DNA from: Pseudomonas aeruginosa PAO1 | Lineage (GTDB): Bacteria; Pseudomonadota; Gammaproteobacteria; Pseudomonadales; Pseudomonadaceae | Direction: 5' to 3' (one strand) | Assembly: GCF_000006765.1 (NCBI RefSeq) | Contig: NC_002516.2 | Length of the DNA: 64,000 bases | Shown here: in pieces, positions 10,559 to 20,783 of the stretch | How the letters are laid out: each line of letters opens with the position of its first letter | How positions within the stretch are numbered: position 1 is the first letter of the stretch | The notes under the pieces: generated by a model | The model's input: the letters and a program-made list of their open reading frames with translations, nothing else | Told to the model about the DNA's origin: nothing | The model's database searches: none | Program-made: the position numbers and the translations under genes

Positions 10559-11103
10559 AGATCCTTGGCTAGCCAGTCTATCGCCGACAGCAACGTGGTC
10601 TCGTCGGCCATGCCTTCAAGCTTCACGCTTCGTCCCGTCTGGTTGTCCTGGATGACGAGGGTCGGGGTCGCTGTAATGCCGTTCGACCGTGCAGTGTCGA
10701 TGTCCGTCTTGATCAACTGGTCCACCAGGTCCATGTCTTTCGCACATTTCTCCAGTCGAGCCTGGTCCAGATCAGGAAAGTCCAATGTGCCGCCAGGCAG
10801 CCCGCCCCCGTTGCCGGCCGACTGAGCGAAGATCGCATCGATAGCGCTCCAGAATGCTTTAGCGCCGCCTTGGATCCCCGCGCACTCCACCAGGCGAGCC
10901 TGGTGGCGGGCCGCCTCGCCATGCATCTGCAGGGGAAGATGGCGCCAAACCAGGTTCACGTCCGTGTGGCTGTCTACCCAGCGCTTAAGCCGCGGGGTGT
11001 AGACCTTGCAGAAGGGGCACTCCAGGTCGGCGTATTCATTGATCGTCCAGCGCGCTTTCGCGTCGCCGTAGAGGCTGTGGACTACCCCCGGTACGATAGA
11101 CAT
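10555..11103 (-). pseudogene. ICE DsbA-family thiol:disulfide oxidoreductase, N-terminally truncated by an IS
   Basis: EYADLECPFC active site and ITATPT cis-Pro loop; no signal peptide; the first codons lie inside the IS end. Confidence 0.75.
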
Positions 11104-11390
11104 TCCCGGCCTACGCTTTGAGCATAGGAGGAAGTCCATGAGCATCCAGCGATTCACCCCGGAATTCAAGGCCGAAGCCGTTAGGCAGGTCATCGAGCGC
11201 GGATACTCAGTCGCGGAAATCGCCGCGGGCTTCGGCGTCTCTACTCACAGCCTCTACAAATGGGTAAAGGCTGTGACCCCCGACAAGTCGGAGAAACAGG
11301 CCAGCGAACTGTTGGAAGCCAAGAGCGAAATCCTGCGGCTGCGGGCCCAAATGCGTCGCCTTGAAGAAGAACGGGACATCTTAAAAAAAC
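11078..11390 (+). mobile_element. IS3-family remnant: left end plus orfA (11138-11390), orfB deleted
   Basis: IRL-like TGGACTACCCCCGGTACGATAGACA, RBS AGGAGG, OrfA QRFTPEFKAEAVRQV...ERDILKK ending at an A7 run. Confidence 0.8.
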
Positions 11391-11696
11391 CGAGCGGCTC
11401 ATCACATACTGCATGGCGTCCTTGACGCTCGGGTTCATGCTCGACGGGATGGTTACGTCGATGATCTGGGCCATCAGGTCGCGTTGACCGGCATCAGGCT
11501 GGGTGCTGACCAGGGTGTAGCGCCCGTAGCGCACTACGGGCTCTTTCTCCGGCTGCACACCGTTTGGATACAGGTCCGGAGAGAGCAGGTCTGGATTGCG
11601 GCTGCTGTCAAAGGCTGGCCTAGCCGGCTCGGCCTTGTGGGTCGTGCAGCTGGCGAGCAGTAGGCACAGCGTGAGAGTGGTCAACTGCCTGGTCAT
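11391..11696 (-). pseudogene. pilL2: 5' fragment (102 codons) of ICE type IVb pilus lipoprotein PilL2
   Basis: Lipobox LLLASC; RYGRYTLVSTQP...DLMAQIIDVTIP motif; neighbour of pyocin S5 immunity, as I recall for PAPI-1; breaks at the IS remnant. Confidence 0.8.
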
Positions 11697-11969
11697 TGAA
11701 ACCCCCTTTGATGATGGGGCACACAATGGCAGGCCAGTCGCCATGCCTCAGCAGGAAATACTCGGCAACAGGGGAGGGGATTTCTCGATGACTAGGCAGA
11801 GGGTGAGCGAGGCAGGCGTAAGGGAAACGGATTAGGAGCGATGAAGGTTTTTCATGTTACGCCTACTAAAGGGAGCTAGGTGGGAATCGTTGTTAGAAAT
11901 GGATAAGATAGAAGTTCTAATCGTTTAGAACGCTTTGTTGAACTCAGGTCAGACAGAACGGGGTGCTAA

Positions 11970-12296
11970 TTGAGCTTTAAATACTATTGGGCTAAGTTTT
12001 TCTGGGGAGCTTTCTTCTTTGTTTTAGTGGCTTGGAAAGGCTCCGTATTTCCCAGCCTGGCATCAGTTAACCCCTTGGTAGTGGCTGGGCTCAGTACTAT
12101 CCTGTTTCCTTTCTCGGTAAAGCTTGTTGAAGACTTCGCTTTAAAATATACGGAAAGAGAGTTCTGGGTCACGGGTTTTTTCTCCGAAACCCCTGCCAAA
12201 ACAGGTTTGTATGCAGTCTTTTATTTGTCTTGTTATTTGTTTTCAATTCCCTTGGGGATGGTTTTTTTATTCTATAAGTATGGAAAGGCCTCGTAG
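11970..12296 (+). CDS. imm: Pyocin S5 immunity protein (TTG start)
   Basis: 108-aa membrane protein with three hydrophobic segments, convergent with the pyocin gene, as for colicin E1/Ia-type immunity. Confidence 0.92.
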   Translation: MSFKYYWAKFFWGAFFFVLVAWKGSVFPSLASVNPLVVAGLSTILFPFSVKLVEDFALKYTEREFWVTGFFSETPAKTGLYAVFYLSCYLFSIPLGMVFLFYKYGKAS

Positions 12297-12320
12297 GGTT
12301 TAATGAGGCCTTGCTTGGTT

Positions 12321-13817
12321 TTAAATGGATATTACAAGATTGTTTGCTTTTTCTAGAAGGTCTTCGTCAATCATCGCCCCGGTAACTGCCATTACCAGTG
12401 CGAACCCCAGAATGCCTATAGGAGTGGCTGTTGCCGTGGCAAATGCAATACCCACAAGCCAACTGGCGGCCGCACCAGCAGCTAGTGTTTCAATTTTTAC
12501 AAAGAATGGTTTCCAGTCCCCGGTTTCCGTAGATATCTTGAACTCTTGGTACAGGCTGGCGGCGTCAATAGCTTTGCCTACAACTCCAAAGCCTTTGCTA
12601 AATTTCTCAAGGCTCTTCGCCATCATCTGCTTGTCTAGAGAATCAAAGGCTTTGGCAATGGCTTGCCTATCTTTAAGGCTAAGTTTTTTATTTAACGCAT
12701 CCTTGTGCTTTTCAAACGACTTGATTGCTTCCGCCGAACTCCTGATATTTTTCCCCCTGGCGCCTTCGGCCAGTTGGCGCGCCATCTCCGATGTTCGTGC
12801 GCCAAATTTCTCAGTTACTTCCTTATAAAAGTCGGCAGTAAATTTAATAGCATCTTGCAACGCTTGTTCCTCGGCCGCCTTGCGTTCTGCTTCTGTCCTG
12901 CGTCGTGTCGTTTCGGCGTTCAGCTTAACTAAGCGGGCCTGTAGACTGGCTATCTCATCCACAAGTAGCTCACCATTGTAGATGGCTTTCTGCTTTTCTA
13001 GAGGGGTTGGGGAATTCTTGATAAGAGTATTGTTTGTGGTCTGCAGCTGCTTTTTATCAGCAATTGCTTGCGTAACCAGTCTTGTGGCACGTTCAAGCCA
13101 TTGCTCTGGCGTTGGACTGACCAATGGAGGCAAAGCACTTCCCGCTTGATCAAGCTCGGATTGTACTTTCATCTCGAGATTCGCCTTTCGGGTTCTGTAG
13201 TCCCGCTCCAGTTGAGAGAGGTCCTCTTTTTCCTTTAGCGCTTTTTGCTTGTTGAGCTCCTGTCTTAGCACTTTTACCGCTTCAGAGAGTGAATCTTGTT
13301 TGTAGTAGGCAACCGCCCGCTCCAGTTCATCTCTAACAAGCTGCTGAAAAGGGTACTTCTTTCTTTCTTCCCAAGAGTTCTTCTCCCAGATCTTGACCCA
13401 GGCCTCATAGATGGAGAGGCTTGACTGCTTTTCGTAGTCAATGAATGGGCCTTTGGTAAAGGTCTTTTTGTATCCTTCAAGATCAGATTCCATCTTGTGC
13501 AGGACTGCCGACATGACATCGACTCGCTCTTGCCTTGTGGCCTCCCTTTTTCCTTGAGTGATCTGCTTTAGCAAGCCATCGACTTGATCAGATACTTTCT
13601 TGTTGATCTCCTTCTTTTCTTTTGTTCCTTGTTCAAAAATAGATCGGACTGGATAATAAATGTTTTTCTGTAGATATATTTCTCTTTGAATTAAGTCGCC
13701 AAACATATTCCCGGCAACGGCCGCGCTATCGATAGGGGGAACCTCGTATGCGTATTGATCGTCTGGACCTTGTGCGACAATAACCATGGAACCAGGTACT
13801 TCGTTGTCATTGGACAT
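12321..13817 (-). CDS. pyoS5: Pyocin S5, pore-forming bacteriocin
   Basis: 498 aa; long helical translocation/receptor region; colicin-type pore domain with hydrophobic hairpin (GDWKPFFVKIETLAAG...). Confidence 0.96.
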   Translation of the reverse strand: MSNDNEVPGSMVIVAQGPDDQYAYEVPPIDSAAVAGNMFGDLIQREIYLQKNIYYPVRSIFEQGTKEKKEINKKVSDQVDGLLKQITQGKREATRQERVDVMSAVLHKMESDLEGYKKTFTKGPFIDYEKQSSLSIYEAWVKIWEKNSWEERKKYPFQQLVRDELERAVAYYKQDSLSEAVKVLRQELNKQKALKEKEDLSQLERDYRTRKANLEMKVQSELDQAGSALPPLVSPTPEQWLERATRLVTQAIADKKQLQTTNNTLIKNSPTPLEKQKAIYNGELLVDEIASLQARLVKLNAETTRRRTEAERKAAEEQALQDAIKFTADFYKEVTEKFGARTSEMARQLAEGARGKNIRSSAEAIKSFEKHKDALNKKLSLKDRQAIAKAFDSLDKQMMAKSLEKFSKGFGVVGKAIDAASLYQEFKISTETGDWKPFFVKIETLAAGAAASWLVGIAFATATATPIGILGFALVMAVTGAMIDEDLLEKANNLVISI

Positions 13818-13886
13818 TTAGACTTCTCCATTGGTGAGTGTGGTACAGAAACAGTGCCGATTCAGTTCTAGAAATTGAACCCCATG

Positions 13887-13926
13887 GCTTCAATGTGCGG
13901 GCAATACACTAAGAAGGCACGTCAAT
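13887..13926 (-). promoter_or_regulatory. Candidate PrtN P-box upstream of pyoS5
   Basis: On the minus strand: ATTGACGT, ATTGCCCGC, ATTGAAGC, at 21- and 11-bp spacing, resembling ATTGnn(n)Gt repeats. Confidence 0.5.
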
Positions 13927-14192
13927 GCGCTGTGATATAGTGGTAATAATCACGGTTGCTTAAACTCGATATTCAGGAGTGGGATTGGCTGAGCCCACGG
14001 GATATTCCCTAAGAGTCATGTATCTCTGATAACGAGTTCATGCGCGCAAGATTCACGCTGGGTATGTGATGCTCTCTGCAAAATTCAGCTACTTGATCCG
14101 CAACACAATTCAAGGCTGAAGATATGACCTGCTCCCCGATTTCAGTACCACGCCGAACTTAGTAGAGTCCGTTTTCCGAGCAGAAGACGGCA

Positions 14193-14456
14193 GTGAAAAA
14201 GCGTTTTACCGAAGAGCAGATTCTCGACTTCCTCAAGCAGGCGGAGGCCGGTGTACCGGTGAAGGAACTGTGTCGCCGACACGGCTTCAGTGATGCCTCG
14301 TTCTACACCTGGCGGGCCAAGTTTGGCGGTATGACCGTGGCGGACGCCAAACGGTTGAAGGATCTTGAACTGGAAAATAGCCGATTGAAGAAGTTGCTCG
14401 CCGAGGCCCACCTCGACATCGAGTCGCTGAAAGTGGTCGCTCGGGGAAAAGGGTAA
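14193..14456 (+). CDS. IS407-group OrfA
   Basis: KKRFTEEQILDFLKQAEAG HTH_Tnp_1 pattern. Confidence 0.92.
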   Translation: MKKRFTEEQILDFLKQAEAGVPVKELCRRHGFSDASFYTWRAKFGGMTVADAKRLKDLELENSRLKKLLAEAHLDIESLKVVARGKG

Positions 14457-14479
14457 GCCCGACAGCACGGCGGGAGGCG

Positions 14480-15331
14480 GTGCAGGAGATGCAGGCGCGA
14501 ACCGGCATCTCCGAGCGTCGTGCCTGTCAGTTGATCGGGCTGTCCCGCTCGGTGTTGCGCTACCAGCCGCGAGCCAGTGTGCAAAACACCGAGCTGCAAG
14601 CCCAACTGGTGGAACTGGCCCAAGAGCGCCGGCGCTTTGGCTATCGCCGCCTGCACATCCTGCTGCGGCGTGCTGGCGTGCAGGTCAACCACAAGCGGAT
14701 CTATCGCCTGTACCGCGCTGCCGGCTTGATGGTGAAACGGCGGCGCCGCCGCCATGGCATCGCGGTGGAGCGCGAACGTCTGAGTTTGCCGAGCGCACCA
14801 AACCAGGTCTGGTCGATGGACTTCGTCTTCGATGCACTGAGCACCGGGCGGCGGATCAAATGCCTGACGGTGGTCGATGACTTCACCAAGGAGTCGGTCG
14901 GCATCCTGGTGGAGCACGGTATCAGCGGCTTTCGCGTCACACGGGCGCTGGACGAGATGGCGCGGTTTCGCGGCTACCCGAAAGCGATCCGCACCGACCA
15001 GGGGCCCGAGTTCACCGGCAAGGCACTCGATCAATGGGCCTATCAGCGCGACATCAAGCTGAAGCTGATTCAGCCTGGTAAGCCCACGCAGAATGCCTTC
15101 ATCGAGTCGTTCAACGGTAAGTTCCGGGACGAATGCCTCAATGAGCACTGGTTCTGTTCGCTGGCCGAAGCGAGAATCCGCACCGCGGCCTGGCGGCGGG
15201 ATTACAACGAACACCGACCGCACAGCGCGATTGGCAATCTCGCCCCGGCAGAATTTGCTGCAAGTTGGCGAACTCGCCAGCAGCAGCTGAAGCAGGAAAA
15301 ATTAATATCAACCCCAGGGCCTACTAACTAG
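14480..15331 (+). CDS. IS407-group OrfB DDE transposase
   Basis: WSMDFVFD, RTDQGPEF, NAFIESFNGKFRDECLN. Confidence 0.92.
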   Translation: MQEMQARTGISERRACQLIGLSRSVLRYQPRASVQNTELQAQLVELAQERRRFGYRRLHILLRRAGVQVNHKRIYRLYRAAGLMVKRRRRRHGIAVERERLSLPSAPNQVWSMDFVFDALSTGRRIKCLTVVDDFTKESVGILVEHGISGFRVTRALDEMARFRGYPKAIRTDQGPEFTGKALDQWAYQRDIKLKLIQPGKPTQNAFIESFNGKFRDECLNEHWFCSLAEARIRTAAWRRDYNEHRPHSAIGNLAPAEFAASWRTRQQQLKQEKLISTPGPTN

Positions 15332-15360
15332 GCAGCGGTACTAAAACTGGGGGCAGGTCA

Positions 15361-15382
15361 CGAATCCTACACGACCCACCAT
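15361..15382 (+). repeat. Distal att site (duplicate of tRNA-Lys 3' end), abutted by the IS
   Basis: Identical to 6411-6432; begins exactly at the IS right end. Confidence 0.92.
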
Positions 15383-15487
15383 ATTAGAAAGGAGTTTCTG
15401 TAGATCTCCGTAGAGCTCACAACTTTAGCTTCGGAGCTGCAGTATGTCTTGGCCAGGAAACTGGCCAGAATCGACCGAGTCGATATG

Positions 15488-15520
15488 AAAAGCCCGCCCG
15501 ACAAGGCGGGCTTTTCTGTT
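15488..15520 (+). terminator. Terminator downstream of the distal att (probable original tRNA terminator)
   Basis: AAAAGCCCGCC-cgacaa-GGCGGGCTTTT-CTGTT. Confidence 0.85.
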
Positions 15521-15756
15521 TCCGCAGTCCGGATATCTCATCCCCAGCGCACCGCAACTCTTATCCTTATCGACATCGGGAAGAAGGCCGGTTTCGCGCT
15601 TCCGCCAGTCATATCGGTACTGGCAGCCGCTTTCCCGTTCGTTCTGGCGTGTTCCTGTCAGACCCCGCGCAGCCTGGTGAACTGGTGCACGGCTATCCGA
15701 GGATTTGTCAGCGGACCGGGACTCCCATAGAGTGAGGTTCCTTTCCTGGCGACCGG

Positions 15757-16173
15757 ATGAGTGACCCGATGCCGACCCCGGTTTTCATAAAGAGAACGGT
15801 ACTGTTTGGCGACTGTGATCCCGAAGGGATCGTCTATACGCCACGTTTTTCATACTTTGTGCTGGAAGCGGTGCAGGAGGCGCTCGGGGTCTGGCTGGGC
15901 GGCCCGGGGCTCAGAACCCTCCTGGGGTTCAGGATTCTTCCCCCGGCGAGAGCGTTCTCCCTGGAATTCCTGCATCCGGTCACCTGGGACGACGAGCTCA
16001 CGATGCAGGTGGGCGTGTCGAACGTGGGGACGCATTCTTTCTCGTTTTCAGTCGAAGGACGTCTTTCGCCGGACGTGGTGGCGTTCACTGCGAGCCTGAC
16101 GCAGGTCTGTGTCTCCCCGGATACCCGCGAAGTCATGGAGGTCCCCGCGCAGCTCCGCGCGCTCCTCGCATAG
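15757..16173 (+). CDS. 4HBT/hotdog acyl-CoA thioesterase family (start 15757 or 15769)
   Basis: VLFGDCDPEGIVYTPRF motif. Confidence 0.85.
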   Translation: MSDPMPTPVFIKRTVLFGDCDPEGIVYTPRFSYFVLEAVQEALGVWLGGPGLRTLLGFRILPPARAFSLEFLHPVTWDDELTMQVGVSNVGTHSFSFSVEGRLSPDVVAFTASLTQVCVSPDTREVMEVPAQLRALLA

Positions 16174-16293
16174 AGACACATTCTGGCTATTCGTCGCGGC
16201 GCTGGCTACGGCCGGCAGGACGCTGCGAGCGGCATGCCGCTGACCTGCTCCGTGGCGCTCCGGAGGAGGGCGGCAAGCCGCCTTCCTTCATTT

Positions 16294-16893
<600 letters not shown>

Positions 16894-17238
16894 TCATCCA
16901 AGGGACGAATCATAGGTGCAGCCCAAGGTGAGGGTCGACTAGCACGGATGAGCTATGGACGAAGCGGGGGAACTCGCTCGGAGTTCGCTCTATCGGCACG
17001 TTCGGGATGGTCGATGGCTGGCGCCTCGGGTGCGCTCCGCCACGCATTCGAACGAGAACGACGGGCCGGCTTTACTGCTCGGAAGGCACGCTGCGCCGCT
17101 GTTGGCGGCATCAAGCTGCCGGCGATGGGGGAGGGCGGCAGGCGCTCGTCGACTGGCCGGTCGATTTGCCGGGTACGCCTGCTGGACGTCGTTAGGGTCA
17201 GGCCGTCTGCCGCGCGATGACTCCATGAGGTCGGGGGG

Positions 17239-17877
17239 CTAGTCGAAAAGCGCCTCTGGCGTTTCCGCGTGGATTCGCTGCCATAACGTCTGGATCTGCG
17301 AGGCCAGTACCCGGTGCTCGGAAAGCGGCGGCAAGGCGTCCACCGTGAAGTACTCGGCCGCCGACGTTTCGTCCGTTTGTTGCTGAAGACTGCCACCGGT
17401 GACGTGGCAGAAGAAGAAGGCTTTCAACGCATGCGGCAGTTGGGGAGGGTGGGGATGCTTGTGCTTGTCCAGCAATGCCAACAGGCGTATCGCTCGAACT
17501 TCCAGTCCGCTTTCTTCCTGGGTTTCGCGAACTACCGCATCTGCCGGCGACTCGTTTACGTCGCACCAGCCGCCTGGTAGGGTCCAGCGACTATCCGAGG
17601 CCTCCCGAACCAGCAGAACCCGCTGTTGCGAGTCGAGGATCAACGCACGGACGTCCAGTTTCGGGGTCGGGTAGTGGCTGTCCAGAGCGATCCAGTTCTC
17701 GACCCGTTCGTACGCTACCCCCTGGTCGCTGGCGATGAATTCGGCGACGGCATGCTGGAGCGCGCGAAAGCGTCCGATGTCGAAGCGGTCCTTGGAGAAG
17801 GCGAGACCGGCCTGGGCGGTGGACAGTATCAATTCCAGAAGACGGGCAAGCGCCCTGGGATCGCTGACCGATGGCAT
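17239..17877 (-). CDS. Nudix hydrolase
   Basis: Nudix box GGWCDVNESPADAVVRETQEESGL; GGAAGG RBS before ATG 17877. Confidence 0.9.
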   Translation of the reverse strand: MPSVSDPRALARLLELILSTAQAGLAFSKDRFDIGRFRALQHAVAEFIASDQGVAYERVENWIALDSHYPTPKLDVRALILDSQQRVLLVREASDSRWTLPGGWCDVNESPADAVVRETQEESGLEVRAIRLLALLDKHKHPHPPQLPHALKAFFFCHVTGGSLQQQTDETSAAEYFTVDALPPLSEHRVLASQIQTLWQRIHAETPEALFD

Positions 17878-18461
17878 CCTTCCTTCCGTTTTTTCGGCCT
17901 TCGCGTGGTCCGCGTCGTGCAAGCCGTCCAATGGATTTGCCATAGATAGAACCCTCGGCGCTCGATGATCTGTAGAGCTGGTTTTCAACCAGGTGTTCCC
18001 TGCGTCTTCCTCGTATGCCTGTGTGCGCCAATAGTGGCTTATGCCGCTGTTTCATCGCGACCTGCGCGTAACCCAGACTCGCCTGTCGCAGCGATGGCTC
18101 CTCCGCCAGGTTCGCTTCGAACCGTCAGGCGGTCGCAACCGATGACGCCTCTTCGCACAGACTTACCGTAGGAGTTTCCCTCCCCGAAACGAGCGGTCGG
18201 GCCGGCTGCGGTCGGCTGGCAAAGGTAGACTCCGTGCCGGCCATGAGCGTTTCCAGGGCCGATTGGGTCCGTTCGAGGAGACGCAACAAGCGATGCTCCC
18301 CTGTTTGGACGGCAGAGGCGGAGGCAATTCCCTTATGCTGCTTGCGGATAACTGGCCCGGACGGCATGTACGGCCTTGTCGTTCTACGGATGCCTGAAGT
18401 CCCGCAGGCGGGACAGCGCAACGCGCAGTGACCTTCCTTTAAGCATATCGATGGAGTCTGT

Positions 18462-18839
18462 ATGAAAGAGCTTGGTTCGGAATCGCCGATGGAAAGTCTT
18501 TTCGACATTCGTTCGCTGGAGGCCATTACCGGCGGTGAGCCGGCTGCATTGCAGCGGTTGCTGGAAACTTTATTGGCCAGCAGTCGGGATGATCGTACTC
18601 GGTTGGCGGAATTGCTTGCACTCGCAGACCTGCAAGGAGTGGCCGAACTTGCGCACAGGATAAAAGGGGCTGCGAGGGTGGTGGGCAGCAGCCTATTGGT
18701 CGAGTCTTGTTCCTGCCTTGAAAAGGCTTGCCAGAACCCATCGGAGTCTTCCGAGCGGATAGCCAATCTGGCCTCTTCATTGGAAGGCAAACTAAGTGCG
18801 TTCGAAATCAGTATCTCAACCGAATTGGCAAAGCTCTAG
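18462..18839 (+). CDS. hptA: Histidine phosphotransfer protein HptA
   Basis: Stand-alone Hpt domain with LAHRIKGAA phospho-His motif. Confidence 0.88.
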   Translation: MKELGSESPMESLFDIRSLEAITGGEPAALQRLLETLLASSRDDRTRLAELLALADLQGVAELAHRIKGAARVVGSSLLVESCSCLEKACQNPSESSERIANLASSLEGKLSAFEISISTELAKL

Positions 18840-19284
18840 AGATCGGACCAGATAGAGGTTTCAGAAGCTGCTCAGGTTTCTCCACAACCTGAATCGCATC
18901 TATTCTCCAGCATGGATTTCTCGATCCCGTAAGCTCCGCGTCTGCTACTGGGGCAATGGGATAAGTGGGTACTTGCTGGGTTTTCTTTGATTTGCCTTGG
19001 CTTTTCATCCTTTCTATATAAGAGGCGCTATCGAAGCTGATGGCGCTTCTTTCGGATCGTTCATTGTCTTTGGCTGTTAGTGGCAGCGAGCTTGTGGTGT
19101 CGGAGGGTTTTTAACTACGAGGTTTTTGTCGCTTGTAGGAAACTTCATACAAGCACTGGGGAGATTTCACACGATTGCCTGGGAAGTGCTTCGTTGTCGT
19201 TCTATTCGGCTTTTCGGAGAATGTTGCTGGCTCTTATAGAGTTCAAAGATCGCAACACTTTCACTGTCAAAAGGAAGCTCAATC

Positions 19285-19902
19285 GTGTCCATTTCCATGA
19301 AAAGCATTCTGGCTGCCGCAGTAGCCAGCCTGGTCGTCGGCAATGCCATGGCGGCAGACGGCACCATCAATTTCAAAGGTGAAATCACCGCGGCCGCTTG
19401 CAGCATCACTGGTGGTGCCGGCACCACCGTTGGCGGTGCAGCGGGCAACCAGACCATCGACGTAAGCCTCGGCAAGATCAGCATCGACTCGCTGGGCGGC
19501 ACCGCGGGCGGCAGCATCGCTGGTGGTACCAGCCTGAACCTGAACCTGGACTGTGGCAAGACCGGTACCGGTCTGACCACCGTGAAGCTGAAGTTCGACC
19601 CGGTGTCCGGTACCGGCATCGATTCGCACAACGAAAGCCTGCTGAAGCTTGGTAAAGACTCCACTGCCACTGGCGTCGGTATTGGCATCTATGGCTCCGA
19701 TGGCAAGCTGCTGAACCTGTCGGCGAACGAGACCATTAATGCTCCCTTGAATTCCAATACTGAAAAAGATGGCGAAGGCAATGACATCACCGTCTACAGC
19801 GCCAATCTGAATCTGCGGGCTGCTTACGTCAAGTCTGGCGCTGCGGCCGCTACGGCAGGTATTGCCAACGGCTCCTTGCCGTTCACCCTGGAATACAACT
19901 AA
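19285..19902 (+). CDS. cupC1: Fimbrial subunit CupC1
   Basis: Signal peptide, DGTINFKGEITAAAC, Cys pair, C-terminal FTLEY. Confidence 0.93.
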   Translation: MSISMKSILAAAVASLVVGNAMAADGTINFKGEITAAACSITGGAGTTVGGAAGNQTIDVSLGKISIDSLGGTAGGSIAGGTSLNLNLDCGKTGTGLTTVKLKFDPVSGTGIDSHNESLLKLGKDSTATGVGIGIYGSDGKLLNLSANETINAPLNSNTEKDGEGNDITVYSANLNLRAAYVKSGAAAATAGIANGSLPFTLEYN

Positions 19903-19959
19903 GTTCTGCTACATGGGCGGGGTATGTATATACCCCGTTCCATAAGGTGCGAGTTCATC

Positions 19960-20673
19960 ATGAAATATCCATTTTCTTCCAGAGTTATCTGGGGTGGCAT
20001 CCTTTTGCTTTTTTCCACCCTTGCCAATGCGGGAATCACGCTGGGAGGAACCCGGGTCGTTCTGCAGGCGCCTGCCAAGGAGGCTGCAATCCTGGTCAGG
20101 AACCAGGCTTCCAATGACGTGATGATTCAATCCTGGGTAGAGGCTGATAATGGGGCAGATAAACGTGAGGTTCCGTTTGTCATCACGCCTGCCCTCAGTC
20201 GTTTGGGAGGCAATAAGCAGCAAACCCTGCGTATCCTGTTTCAAGGGGAAGGCTTGCCGAGCGACAGGGAATCCGTATTCCGCCTGAACGTCCAGGAAAT
20301 TCCACAAAAATCTGCGTCGGCTAATACGTTGCAGATAGCTTTGCGCCAGCGTATCAAGGTCTTCTACCGCCCTGATAACTTATCGGGAACTTCCGCCGAA
20401 GCGCCTGGAAAGTTGAACTGGCGTCTTGTCCGGCAGGGTGGAAAGTCGGTTGTCGAAGTTTCCAACGATACTGCGTTTCATGTCTCTTTCGCCAACGTGA
20501 AATTAAAAGCTGGCAATGCCTCCTATGTCGTTGATGCCGACATGGTCGCGCCGAAGTCGAGTCGCCGATTCGAAGTCAAGGGAACTCCCCCCGGCGTTTC
20601 TGGAAATATCGAGTTCCAGAGCGTAAATGACTATGGCGGACTCGATAAACATTCCAGCTCCTTATCCGACTGA
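19960..20673 (+). CDS. cupC2: Fimbrial chaperone CupC2
   Basis: PapD-like: GITLGGTRVV, PSDRESVFRLNVQEIP, RIKVFYRP. Confidence 0.93.
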   Translation: MKYPFSSRVIWGGILLLFSTLANAGITLGGTRVVLQAPAKEAAILVRNQASNDVMIQSWVEADNGADKREVPFVITPALSRLGGNKQQTLRILFQGEGLPSDRESVFRLNVQEIPQKSASANTLQIALRQRIKVFYRPDNLSGTSAEAPGKLNWRLVRQGGKSVVEVSNDTAFHVSFANVKLKAGNASYVVDADMVAPKSSRRFEVKGTPPGVSGNIEFQSVNDYGGLDKHSSSLSD

Positions 20674-20677
20674 AGCT

Positions 20678-20724
20678 CAGAAGAGCAGAGCAGAGCAGAG
20701 CAGAAGAGCAGAAGAACTGCTCTT
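20678..20724 (+). repeat. GCAGA/GCAGAAGA short tandem repeat with a complementary 3' arm
   Basis: cagaaga-gcaga-gcaga-gcaga-gcagaaga-gcagaaga-a-ctgctctt. Confidence 0.85.
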
Positions 20725-20783
20725 AACTTCCCCTATGGATGGGTGTTTCCGGTTTGTCGGAAATTAGTCCAAGGAATATTCGC

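Larger units (their letters stand above)
14125..15360 (+). mobile_element. IS3-family element, IS407 group, 1236 bp
   Basis: Imperfect inverted repeats TGACCTGC...AGTACC at both ends; flanks GATA and CGAA, so no target duplication. Confidence 0.92.

Noticed and set aside
11241-11390. C-terminal part of the 167-aa ORF 11241-11744
   Set aside because: It is the antisense of IS orfA fused to the pilL2 fragment, not a native domain.
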